56,220 bases of DNA from a virus (taxonomy: Duplodnaviria > Caudoviricetes). Shown here piece by piece: positions 1 to 9,126 of this stretch (the stretch's first letter is position 1; the number at the start of each line of letters is the position of its first letter). The notes under the pieces were generated by a model, which saw only the letters and a program-made list of their open reading frames with translations, had not been told where the DNA came from and ran no database searches. The translations under genes and the position numbers were made by a program. Location of the stretch: positions 1 through 56,220 of IMG/VR virus record IMGVR_UViG_3300048565_000110, one strand, 5' to 3'.

Positions 1-1638
1 TCAGTGGGCCTGCGCGACCACCTGAAGGGTCCGGCCGTCCGGCTGCACCACGGACCAGCCGCACGGCTTCCAGTCCCACCCCAGATACCATGAGCCCAAG
101 GTGCAGTTGGTGAGCCCGGCCGGTCGAAACACCAGGCCCTTGAAATGCGAGTACTGGACGCCGATCTCCTCGCGCCCCGTGTTCTCCGGCCGGCGCACCC
201 AGTAGTTCCCGGTGAACGCGTTGGCTGGAGGTAAGGCGTAACCGTCCGCGGTGGTGTCGCAGATGCACTCGTTGGATGCCTGATACCCGACGAACTGGAT
301 CAGCCGGTCATTGCTCTTGAAGGTGTTGCGCTCGAACCGGGTGCCCATGCCGATGCACATGATCTCCAGTGGGGCGGCGTAGACCCCATAATCGTCCGGG
401 TTCCAGGCTGGACCCTTGAGCGCCACAGCTTCGAACGTGTTGTCGTGGACGTAGCACCCGCCACGATCCGAGACGTTCAGGGCACCCCCAACGCCGGCGC
501 GTCCCGGCTCGGAGTACTGGTACGAGATCACGGTGTTCTGCACGACCTCGGCGCCGGCACAGTCCTCGAGCTTGATCCCGTGCGCACTGACCCGGCCATA
601 CTCGGTCGTGTCGGGCAGCTCGTGGACGGAGATGACGTTGGAGATCACGCGGCAGTCGTTGCCCTCGATGTGGATCCCGCGGCCGTTGCGGGCGGTGATC
701 GTGTTGCCACGCGCCGTCAGCCAGTGGCCGTGGAGCCCGATGCCGTACCCGTTGGTGACGATCGAGTTCACGTCGATCGTGTTGCCCTGGATGATCCCGA
801 CCGGGGGGGCGACACCGGGAACGAGGCGTCGGCCGACGCGGATCCCCCACTGACGGGCGTTGGTGATCGTGTTGTTCGCGATCGTGCATGTCCCGCCGCA
901 CAGGGTTTCCACCTCGATCGCGGCGCGGCCCTGGTGACGGTTCGTCACCTTGCTGGTCGAGTCCGTCACGGCGCATCCGGTCACGGCCACAGTCTGGCTC
1001 TCCGAGATCCAGACGCCCCACGAATCGTCACCGCGCGTGAGGATGTTCACGCCCTTGAGCGTGACCCCGGAGATGCCGTAGGCGCCGACGCTGAAACACC
1101 ACGGACCACGACCGCCCTGGATGAGTCTCCCGTTCGTGACGGTGACCCCATGGCCAGCGCCGAAGCGGGTCAGGTCCGATTGGCTCCAGACCGGATTCGC
1201 GTGCTTGTATCCCGGGGGGAGTGCGACGCCGTAGCGATAGGGCAGTCCATCCATGCCCCAGGTGACGGTGTGCCCGCCGAGATCGAGCGTGACGTTGGGG
1301 GCAACGATCGCGAAGGCGGTGCCCGGCGTGGCCACGTCCTCGGTCAGCCGGTACGTGATGCCCGGCCGGTCGAGATAGACAGGGCCCGCGGTGAAGTCGC
1401 GCGCCTTGAGCGCAACCCAGCCGCCGCGTGAGACCGTCGCGTCGAACCGGTAGGCGATCGCGCTCCATGGGTATCCGGTCAATCGCTCCAGGGTCACGAG
1501 CCGGAGCGTGTCGCCGGGAGCGAGATCCGCCGGAAGATTCGTGCCGCTCTGTGGGACGACGATCGGTGCGGCCGATGCGATCGCGGCGAACGCCCCCAGG
1601 ATCACGGCTGCGACCAAGACTGCGAATGAACCCCTCAT
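1..1638 (-). CDS. Secreted right-handed parallel beta-helix protein (pectin-lyase-like fold)
   Basis: Start MRGSFAVLVAAVILGAFAAIASA is a Sec-type signal peptide. LTEDV..GTAFAI.A.NVTLDLGGHTV and repeated (I/V)xxNTI / GIxI motifs indicate a beta-helix. ATG overlaps the upstream TGA. Confidence 0.75.
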   Translation of the reverse strand: MRGSFAVLVAAVILGAFAAIASAAPIVVPQSGTNLPADLAPGDTLRLVTLERLTGYPWSAIAYRFDATVSRGGWVALKARDFTAGPVYLDRPGITYRLTEDVATPGTAFAIVAPNVTLDLGGHTVTWGMDGLPYRYGVALPPGYKHANPVWSQSDLTRFGAGHGVTVTNGRLIQGGRGPWCFSVGAYGISGVTLKGVNILTRGDDSWGVWISESQTVAVTGCAVTDSTSKVTNRHQGRAAIEVETLCGGTCTIANNTITNARQWGIRVGRRLVPGVAPPVGIIQGNTIDVNSIVTNGYGIGLHGHWLTARGNTITARNGRGIHIEGNDCRVISNVISVHELPDTTEYGRVSAHGIKLEDCAGAEVVQNTVISYQYSEPGRAGVGGALNVSDRGGCYVHDNTFEAVALKGPAWNPDDYGVYAAPLEIMCIGMGTRFERNTFKSNDRLIQFVGYQASNECICDTTADGYALPPANAFTGNYWVRRPENTGREEIGVQYSHFKGLVFRPAGLTNCTLGSWYLGWDWKPCGWSVVQPDGRTLQVVAQAH

Positions 1639-1862
1639 CACGTCCTCCCTTCGCCTTCCCTGTCCGACGGCCTCTCGAACGACAACACGAGATGGATGCG
1701 GCTCCCCCGCGTTCCCTTCCACCCAGCGCAGATTTGGTCGTACTGAGTCCGAAGCCGGGACACTGCCTCCTCAAATGCGCCTGCGTCGCCGCGGCCATCT
1801 CGACAGGCGTCAGTGATGATCGCGTGTGCTGCGGTAGCTCCTGGAATCGTGCCCATCACCAC
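1638..1862 (-). CDS. Hypothetical protein
   Basis: Fills the gap between endolysin and beta-helix gene, with its stop overlapping the next start. Confidence 0.5.
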   Translation of the reverse strand: MVMGTIPGATAAHAIITDACRDGRGDAGAFEEAVSRLRTQYDQICAGWKGTRGSRIHLVLSFERPSDREGEGRT

Positions 1863-1868
1863 GCCCCC

Positions 1869-2396
1869 CTATGCGTCCAGCCCGTGCGGGTGTTCCGCCA
1901 AGAGATCCGCGAGCGTCGCGCCTCGCGTCCACTGGAAGTGCGGCTTATCAGTCACGCCGTCGGGCCACCGGCCTCCCCACTCGAACCCGAGCGCCTCTCC
2001 CAGTTGCCCGATAGCGAGCCACCACGGAGCATTCCAGATCGGGTTGTCGGGGTCCGACAGATCCGGCGACGTGGCCGCGTCCACTGGAACGACATCGATC
2101 GCCCGCCTCCATTGGTGCCAGCTTCGTCCGGGCTGCGCTTTGGTGACACGGAACGCGTTCTCTGTCGCCGTGATAGGGGCAAGCCCAGCGGCTACGCGGA
2201 GCGCGTTGACCTCTTCCAGCGGATGCCCACGCCCCTGTGCGTAGAGTGCGGCCTGCTGCGCGAACGGCCGATACCCGAACGTGACGCGGAGCGAGACGCC
2301 CTGATCGGCCGCGCACGCTATGAGCAGGAGCGCCGGTTGCCGGGCCTCTTCGATCAGGCCGTCGATGATCCGTTCCTTCACGCGCTCGATGATCAT
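1869..2396 (-). CDS. Endolysin, M15 family (L-Ala-D-Glu peptidase-like)
   Basis: YRPFAQQAALYAQGR, VTKAQPGRSWHQWRRAIDVV and GFEWGGRW...DKPHFQ motifs; RBS GGAGG before MIIERV. Confidence 0.9.
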   Translation of the reverse strand: MIIERVKERIIDGLIEEARQPALLLIACAADQGVSLRVTFGYRPFAQQAALYAQGRGHPLEEVNALRVAAGLAPITATENAFRVTKAQPGRSWHQWRRAIDVVPVDAATSPDLSDPDNPIWNAPWWLAIGQLGEALGFEWGGRWPDGVTDKPHFQWTRGATLADLLAEHPHGLDA

Positions 2397-2421
2397 TGCC
2401 ACCTCCACCCGTCCCTGGATC

Positions 2422-2691
2422 TCATTGCTTCCGCAGAGCCGCCAACTCCGTCTTGATCTCGGCGAGCGCATCTTCCACGCGGCCCCATCGCTGATCGTCC
2501 GTCTTCGATTCAAGGATGTGCCGCGTGTTCTCGGCCTCCTCGATGTCCTTGCGCATGGCCTTCGCCTCGGTGACGCTCATGGCATCCTTGACGTAGGCGA
2601 CCCACTGCGCCGACGAGCCGATGAGCAGACCGGCCAGCAGGGTGGCGATCCACTTCCACGCGCTGCCGTTCCCGCTCGTCGTTCCGGCCAT
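2422..2691 (-). CDS. Putative holin (one TM helix plus coiled coil)
   Basis: WKWIATLLAGLLIGSSAQWVAYV hydrophobic segment directly upstream of the endolysin; alternative start at 2706. Confidence 0.5.
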   Translation of the reverse strand: MAGTTSGNGSAWKWIATLLAGLLIGSSAQWVAYVKDAMSVTEAKAMRKDIEEAENTRHILESKTDDQRWGRVEDALAEIKTELAALRKQ

Positions 2692-2798
2692 GCGATCTGC
2701 TCCCATCCGCCGCCTCAAGAAGAGGGCCCCGAGAGGACAAAGGGCGGCGCTGCCCTCTCGGTCCACGACAGCGGTCGCCGCCGTGGTGGCCCAACTCG

Positions 2799-3986
2799 TC
2801 ACTCGTGCAAGGCCACCGTCTTCGTGAAGATCACGGCCGTTGCATCGTAGAGATCGATCTTCAGGAGATCGGCGCGCACCGAGTCTGCTGTGACGGTGAT
2901 CCGCCAGAGCGGGCCCCAGGTCTCCCAAGCGCCGATCTTCGGCTGCACGTTGTTGGTCACCCCGATGGAATCGACGATCGCCTGACTCCCGCCCGCGGTG
3001 TCGGCGAAGGCGAAACAGTAGAGATCCGCACCGGCAGCCGTGATCGAGTCGGCATCACCGCCGCGCATGCCGGTCAGAGACGCGGAGAACGCGTACCGGT
3101 GGGCTCCCTCCTTGCGCATCCGGGTCGTGTGCTGATCGCCGTCGTTCACGAGGACCGTGCGGTCGAGAGAGTCGGCTTCGGCCAGGATGCCTCCGGGGAT
3201 CTCCATCTCCTCCATGGCGGGGCGGGCTGACTCTCCAGAATCCAGGCCAGTGATGATCCGCCGCGCGGCGCGGTGTACACCGAGGATCGGCCAGTCGTTC
3301 GTCCGGAGACCGTCGAAACAGGCCCGGCAGTCACGGCGCTGCTTGCCGCCCCAGGATCTGATGTCGTCGAAGTCCTGGTTGTTGACCCCGCCCACGTCCG
3401 GGTTGTTGACCGTGTAGCAGGCGACGTCGGTCGTGTCCTGCGCGTTGTTGTTGCCCATGAAGAGGAGGGCATTGAGCGGCGCGCCGGTGTAGCGTTGCCG
3501 CGGTCGCCAACAGGTCCACCGTCGCCCGCGATGCGTGGCCGATTCGTAAGGCCGATACCACTGCTGCCCGACCAAGCCGATGAACTCGTTGTAGAGAGTC
3601 CCGTCGGCTATGTCCACGTCCTCTGCATCGCGCCCGTTCTCGTGGTTCCCGGGGACGACGGCGACAGGAACCCTGGCCGAGTCGATCACGGCGAGAAGGG
3701 AGTCGCGCCATGCCGCCTGCGCGGTAATGTCCTCATCGAAGAGGTGATCTCCGGTGAGGAGCCAGAACGCGGCGGTCGAGTCGGCGGCGATGTGCTGGGC
3801 CGCCTTGAGTGTGATGGCGCGGCCAGGCCACCCGGCGAACGGGGACTGGAAGTGCAGATCACCGGCCTCGTAGTAGCACCAGCCGCTGGATACGACGTTC
3901 TGCTTGACCGGGCCGCTGATCTGACCGGTGAAGAGCAAGAAACAAGCGAGCAGAGCGGCCAGTGCCGCGCGCCTACTGCCGAACAC
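2799..3986 (-). CDS. Calcineurin-like metallophosphoesterase with signal peptide
   Basis: GDLH, TGD, PGNHE and GDQH metal-binding motifs; N-terminal RRAALAALLACFLLF. Confidence 0.8.
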   Translation of the reverse strand: MFGSRRAALAALLACFLLFTGQISGPVKQNVVSSGWCYYEAGDLHFQSPFAGWPGRAITLKAAQHIAADSTAAFWLLTGDHLFDEDITAQAAWRDSLLAVIDSARVPVAVVPGNHENGRDAEDVDIADGTLYNEFIGLVGQQWYRPYESATHRGRRWTCWRPRQRYTGAPLNALLFMGNNNAQDTTDVACYTVNNPDVGGVNNQDFDDIRSWGGKQRRDCRACFDGLRTNDWPILGVHRAARRIITGLDSGESARPAMEEMEIPGGILAEADSLDRTVLVNDGDQHTTRMRKEGAHRYAFSASLTGMRGGDADSITAAGADLYCFAFADTAGGSQAIVDSIGVTNNVQPKIGAWETWGPLWRITVTADSVRADLLKIDLYDATAVIFTKTVALHE

Positions 3987-4830
3987 GGACGCCTTCCGGG
4001 ATCGCTTGACCGTAGCGCGTCACCACCACTGAGGGCGTGCCAACAGTCACGGTGTCCGGGGTACTGGCGACCTGGACGACCTCCCACACCAGACTCGAGC
4101 GCGTGAGGCGGGTCAGCGAGTTCAGTTCGGTAGTGTCGGGATTCACGATGGCGATGCCTTGCTCAGCCCAGCGGTCGGACAGCCACTCCTGCATGGGTAT
4201 CGTCGTGTCCAACACGAGCGTGTCGCCGACGGCCAGCGCCGAAGTCCACGCCCACGCGAACGGCCACTGCGTCCTGTCGAATCCACTCGCCCCCGCGTAG
4301 GACGTATCGGCCCACGCCTCGGTTTCGGTGGCGTCGCGGTTCGGCATGAGACCCAACGCGCCCGACAGCGCCCACCGCGCGCCGCTCGCAATGCGCTTGT
4401 TCACAGTGGCCGTGGAGTCCCACGTCGCGAGCATGCGCACCCCCGCGAGCGTTTGGTCCTCGTTCAGATCGGACCCGGAGGTACCCATGCCGGCCTTGCT
4501 GAACACTCCACGGAGATGCGAGCTGAACACCGGGAGCGCGCGGTTCAGCGTTGAAGTGGTCGGCTTGAGAAGGATGATATTCGTCTTGGCCGACTGGTTG
4601 GCAACCAGGTCCAGGTTCGCCGAACCCCCATGGCTCGTCGTATCGATCGCGCTGAGGTAGGTCGCCGTGACGTGGACGCGGGTCGTCTCGGCGTTGAACG
4701 AAGCCGGCAATGGACCGAGTGGGCGCTGGGTCACCCCAGCAGCTGCCATGTGAATCAGCGTCCCTACCGTGAGGACCGCCACCAACACGGGCAGCACGAT
4801 CCCCCACGGGAATAGGCGGACTCGGCTCAT
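3973..4830 (-). CDS. Exported or membrane-anchored beta-rich protein, possibly a DNRLRE-like carbohydrate-binding domain
   Basis: Hydrophobic N-terminus (GIVLPVLVAVLTVGTLIHMAAA); ATYLS...N / ATWDSTAT...W..SGA / LDTT..MQEW pattern; starts and stops overlap neighbours. Confidence 0.5.
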   Translation of the reverse strand: MSRVRLFPWGIVLPVLVAVLTVGTLIHMAAAGVTQRPLGPLPASFNAETTRVHVTATYLSAIDTTSHGGSANLDLVANQSAKTNIILLKPTTSTLNRALPVFSSHLRGVFSKAGMGTSGSDLNEDQTLAGVRMLATWDSTATVNKRIASGARWALSGALGLMPNRDATETEAWADTSYAGASGFDRTQWPFAWAWTSALAVGDTLVLDTTIPMQEWLSDRWAEQGIAIVNPDTTELNSLTRLTRSSLVWEVVQVASTPDTVTVGTPSVVVTRYGQAIPEGVRVRQ

Positions 4831-5324
4831 CGCTCCCTCCCGTCCGCCCCCCAGGTCAGCGTCCCCGCGCCGGTGACTCCGCTGACGATGAACCCGGTCC
4901 ACCGCTTCTTGAATCGAAACTCACCTGGGGCCGTGATCGGCCACGCAAACGAGGTCATTCGTGGCTCGCCGATGCGCGGCCCCATTCGCAGCGTGTCCGC
5001 GGCCGCAGCGTATGGCGATGCCCACCGGTCCGAGGTCAGGGCAAAGGTCGGATCCATGTAGCGTTCGATCGTGCAGTCAGCTCCCGAGGTCGTACCCCAG
5101 ACCTGGTCGGAGACGAACCCGAAAGCGACGGTGTCCTTGGTCCCCGTGTTGAACAGGATGGTCCCGCCCGTGTCGCAGTCCGCGGCCGTGTTGTGCCACA
5201 GGCTCCAGGCTGCGTCAGGGACCGCCTTCTCTCCGGGTACCCACGTTCCCGCCGCAGCCACCGTAACGAGAGCGGCCACAGCCACCAGAACCACCAGAGC
5301 CAGCTTCATCCACCTCATCGTCAT
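4827..5324 (-). CDS. Secreted hypothetical protein
   Basis: MRWMKLALVVLVAVAALVTVAAA signal peptide; strong GGAGGAGG RBS. Confidence 0.7.
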   Translation of the reverse strand: MTMRWMKLALVVLVAVAALVTVAAAGTWVPGEKAVPDAAWSLWHNTAADCDTGGTILFNTGTKDTVAFGFVSDQVWGTTSGADCTIERYMDPTFALTSDRWASPYAAAADTLRMGPRIGEPRMTSFAWPITAPGEFRFKKRWTGFIVSGVTGAGTLTWGADGRER

Positions 5325-5411
5325 CCTCCTCCTCCACCACCCTAGCTATCGTGCAAAAGCCCTTCGCTGTTCAATGCCACCGTCAGAATCTTCGCGCTGC
5401 TCTCCGTGGGG

Positions 5412-6299
5412 TCACGTATCCAGAATCACACCGCTCGTTCCAGGCGTCAGGGTCAGCGCCTTGGCGCTGTTCTCCGTGGTGACCGGGAAGCTCTTGTTCA
5501 TGAACCCGACCAGCTCGTCCGTGGCGTCAGAACCGTTCGAGATGAACACCACGGCGCCCCCGAGCTCCTGGATCCCTGAGAATGCCCCGAACACGAAGGG
5601 ATCCCAGGTCAGCTTGCCGCGGTTGAGCGTGTTGTCTTGGCCCGAAGTGACGTTCGCCAGGGTCTGCCGCGCGTATCCACCGACCGTCGCCTCGTCCGCC
5701 ACGATGTCGGCGACGTAGTCGTGGTCGGGGTCGAAGACGTAGGTGGACTTCACCAGCAGGGCCTTCAGCGTCTTGCCGGCCATCGTCTGCAACGAGTAGA
5801 GCTGGTTGGCGCGGTTGTAGGCCTGGTACCGATTGTTCACCGGAGTCGTGAGGCTCGGCCGCTGGGTCCTGATGCCGATTCCCATCTCCGTCGGCTTGAA
5901 CCAGACTGACGCTCCGCTGCCAAGCGTGAAGGCCGCCGCGAGATTGACGTGGACGATCAGCTCCGCTGTCGCGTCGCTGCCGCCGGTTTCCCAGATCAGC
6001 CAAGCCCCTGCTACCGTGGGTGAGGAGAGCGCCGTCCACAGCAGCGGATCCGCAACCAGCCTGGAGTATCCACCGCCGGCGACGTTCTCAACCGCCAGAT
6101 TCACCAAGGACTTGCGTCCAGACCCGCCGTAGCCACCCGTGTAGCCCGACACGGCGAGCTCGCTGCCGCTCGCACTGCTCACGTAGTCATGATCGGGGTC
6201 GAAGCTATAGCCGGATCCCATGAGCATGACCTTCAGGGGCTTCGCGGCGAGATCCGCGAGGGTGTACTTGTGCTTGACCCGATTCGTCCAGTTAGGCAT
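5412..6299 (-). CDS. Phage tail-associated structural protein with an internally duplicated domain
   Basis: Two similar halves (LKVMLMGSGYSFDPDHDYV / LKALLVKSTYVFDPDHDYV); follows the tail-tip gene. Confidence 0.7.
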   Translation of the reverse strand: MPNWTNRVKHKYTLADLAAKPLKVMLMGSGYSFDPDHDYVSSASGSELAVSGYTGGYGGSGRKSLVNLAVENVAGGGYSRLVADPLLWTALSSPTVAGAWLIWETGGSDATAELIVHVNLAAAFTLGSGASVWFKPTEMGIGIRTQRPSLTTPVNNRYQAYNRANQLYSLQTMAGKTLKALLVKSTYVFDPDHDYVADIVADEATVGGYARQTLANVTSGQDNTLNRGKLTWDPFVFGAFSGIQELGGAVVFISNGSDATDELVGFMNKSFPVTTENSAKALTLTPGTSGVILDT

Positions 6300-9126
6300 A
6301 CGTCACCGCCGGCTGCCAAACGGTCACGGTGCGCTTGGCTGGTATCCGTTCGATCACGCCATCGCCGGCGGATCCCGAAGCGAGCTCCATCACTGGGGTT
6401 CCGGTGGGGTGGTCAAAGAGCAGCGTCTCCCCGCTGGCCAGCTCGTGGTAGTTCTCGTTGTAGGGACCTGAGGACTGGCTTCCACCAACGATAGTTGCGA
6501 TCTCCGATCGCGGCCCCTCCCCTACCCGCACCAGCCCTCGATGGAAGATCGGTCCGCCGCTGGGATGGGTGCTGCTCCAGTGGCAGGTGAGACTCGCGCT
6601 CCCGAGCGCGTGATCCGTAGACATGAACGCCCGCCGGGCCGGCACCACTGCAATGATCAGGCTTGCGGCGAAAGGAGTGGCATTCTCCGGGGTCGTTTGG
6701 TCCCCGCCAACGAGGACTGCGATCATGGATGTGTAGTCTCCGGCTGGGATGATGGTGCCGAAGAAGTTTCGGCGGTTTAGGTCTACCGAGTTGTAGTCGA
6801 CTGAAGTCACCACTCCAGCCTTGATGTAGGCGATCGGGTTGGCAGAATTGTTCAGGAGCGCAAAGCCCCGATCGTCGTGAAAGCGGGCATCCCAAGTCGG
6901 GTTCAGCGCCCAGCGCTCGGCTTCGTCGAACCAGTGGGTGCCGGCGTTGGCCATGGTGGATTTGCCGGTCTCGGTGGGAAGCGACCAGTGGAGCAGGCCG
7001 ACATAGCCCGTCGGGATCGAGAGTCTGTTGAGCACTTGGCAGCCGTGAGTCACTTCACCCCAGTAGGCGATCCTGGGCGTGAAGTCTTGGCCGGACCCGA
7101 ACCGCTCGATCATCCGCGCTACGTTGCCATCTACCGCCTTCGGCATCACTACGGCGGTACGCTCGGCGGAGACTTCACGCCCCATGGATACAGCGCTCAC
7201 GAATCGCGCGAGTCGCCGCTGCGTCCGCTCCAGATCTACGGTGATCGAGGAGACCTGGTCTTCGAGTGCGGCGATCGCCTCCGTGTAGGTCTGCACGGTC
7301 AGCGACGTTTCAACCGGGTTCAGGTGATCGCGCTCGATGCTCTTGATCCATGCGGCATCGGTGACGCCGAGGGCCGGATCCTCGAAGGCCGCCACGTTGC
7401 CGATCGCGATGCTGTCGTAGGGGTAACGCTCAGGCTGCCTGGCCCCGAGGTCGGCCACCTTGCACTCGTAGGACAGGACGGGAATGCGTCGCCGCCGCAG
7501 CTCGTGGTACGCCTTCACCCAGAGTTGTCTCCGGGTGGAGCCCTCAATCCACTCTTCCGAGAGTGAAGCAGTCGGCTCGACCGACACCGAATCGAGGTAG
7601 AACGTGGCGACCTGGCCGACATCTCCCCGCTGGTAGATCCACACCGCATGGCTGTGGCCACGCTCGGTCTTGAGCCCTGACAGTTTGATCGTATGCCAGC
7701 CGGCATTGACCACCTTGATGGCCTGGGCATTGTCGGGCGGCCACACGTTTCCTCTGTTCCCGGTACCACCGCTCGACCAATCGCCCTCAGTAACGTCTAC
7801 GCTGATCTCGCCCTCTTCCAGATAGACCAGCAGCTTCACGGACCAGTGGTCCGGATCGCCAGCGACCGAGGTATCCACGGTGAAGTAGCAACCGCTGCCG
7901 TAGCCGGTTGTGACCACCTTCTGGCTTCGGGATCCGTTCTGGATGTAGAGGGCGTCGGTGTTTTCTGAGAACGTTGCGGCCGGCGTCCCCGCGTAGGTCG
8001 TGGTGTCCTCCAGATTCGGGTGCTTGCCCGAAGCGAAGGCGAGTCGAGAGAAGAACGGATCGAAGATCAGGTTTTCGACGTAGGCGAGATCCCCCTCGTC
8101 CAGGCACCCATCTACCCAACCCACATCCGTGTAGGCGTCATAGTCCACGAGGTGGTCTAGGGGAACGATGCCGGCGCCGTCGCCACGGTCCACAAGAAGC
8201 ATGATCTGGTTGGCGTCGGCCGACACAGGGAGGATGATTGCTCCGTTGATGCGGATGCGGTCAGGGTTTCCGGCGCCTCCGTACTCGGCCTCGAACGCGG
8301 CCACCTGGAAATTGGTGGTGTCACCTCGGAACCGGACGTAGTACGTCCACCCACCGGCCGATGAGAGACTCGCGCTAGATGGCGCCAGAAAGTACGCCTT
8401 CACGTAGGATGGAAGCGTGCCGGTGATCTCCTCCACCGGGTGCCAAGCCCCACTCAGCGTCATGCGCGGCGTGCCACCCCCGAGCGCATAGAGCTTCGAG
8501 GCAAGCCTGGAACAGTCCTCCATCACATCCAGGTCGAGTAGGTTCTTGCGCGAATGAAACACAGCATCGGGAGCGCCGGTAAGCGATTTGCGTACGAGAA
8601 GATCCACGGTGAGATCGTCGTTGAGGAGAAGGCTCCCATCGACCACGTCGGCCAGCCGTCGCAGGTTCTCCAGCCGAATGCCTCCGACCTCGAACTCCGG
8701 GACTGTGATCGCTGAAAGGGAGGCGGACACAGTCCCAACCGACCAGCCCGAGTCCGCCAGGATCCGTGTGAGGAGCGCGCTGGCCATCGCGTTGGAATAG
8801 AGATCCCCAACCGACAGGGTCGATGTCCCAAGCTGGGCAACGCCCAGGTGATCGCATTCGAGCCTGGCGGCCATGACCTCGCCGACCCGGCGCCAGCGAC
8901 CCTTGCGCATCAGGACGAACTTGCTGGTCGACCCAGCTACATCGGTGAGCCAGACCTGACAGCGTTTGGAGGTCTGCTCGAAAGCGGCAGAGGCCTGCTG
9001 CAAGACCTCGACGTTGAGCGTGTGAACCCCGTTCTCCTCGATCGTCTCATTGACCTGGAGAAGGTGCTCGGGGTTGAACTGACCCAGCCGGCTCGCACCG
9101 GTGCGGTCGTGGATCTCGAGGATCAC
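6292..9126 (-). CDS. Tail tip / Tal-like (prophage tail spike) protein with carbohydrate-binding-like insertion
   Basis: Located after Dit; ILADSGWSVGTV, RKNLLDL...SKLYALGG and SYECKVADL...IGNV motifs; GTG start overlaps the Dit TGA. Confidence 0.75.
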   Translation of the reverse strand: MILEIHDRTGASRLGQFNPEHLLQVNETIEENGVHTLNVEVLQQASAAFEQTSKRCQVWLTDVAGSTSKFVLMRKGRWRRVGEVMAARLECDHLGVAQLGTSTLSVGDLYSNAMASALLTRILADSGWSVGTVSASLSAITVPEFEVGGIRLENLRRLADVVDGSLLLNDDLTVDLLVRKSLTGAPDAVFHSRKNLLDLDVMEDCSRLASKLYALGGGTPRMTLSGAWHPVEEITGTLPSYVKAYFLAPSSASLSSAGGWTYYVRFRGDTTNFQVAAFEAEYGGAGNPDRIRINGAIILPVSADANQIMLLVDRGDGAGIVPLDHLVDYDAYTDVGWVDGCLDEGDLAYVENLIFDPFFSRLAFASGKHPNLEDTTTYAGTPAATFSENTDALYIQNGSRSQKVVTTGYGSGCYFTVDTSVAGDPDHWSVKLLVYLEEGEISVDVTEGDWSSGGTGNRGNVWPPDNAQAIKVVNAGWHTIKLSGLKTERGHSHAVWIYQRGDVGQVATFYLDSVSVEPTASLSEEWIEGSTRRQLWVKAYHELRRRRIPVLSYECKVADLGARQPERYPYDSIAIGNVAAFEDPALGVTDAAWIKSIERDHLNPVETSLTVQTYTEAIAALEDQVSSITVDLERTQRRLARFVSAVSMGREVSAERTAVVMPKAVDGNVARMIERFGSGQDFTPRIAYWGEVTHGCQVLNRLSIPTGYVGLLHWSLPTETGKSTMANAGTHWFDEAERWALNPTWDARFHDDRGFALLNNSANPIAYIKAGVVTSVDYNSVDLNRRNFFGTIIPAGDYTSMIAVLVGGDQTTPENATPFAASLIIAVVPARRAFMSTDHALGSASLTCHWSSTHPSGGPIFHRGLVRVGEGPRSEIATIVGGSQSSGPYNENYHELASGETLLFDHPTGTPVMELASGSAGDGVIERIPAKRTVTVWQPAVTYA

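Noticed and set aside
2799-3986. Metallophosphoesterase as the missing SbcD/Mre11 partner of the Rad50-like ATPase
   Set aside because: It has an export-type N-terminus and lies 40 kb away in the late region
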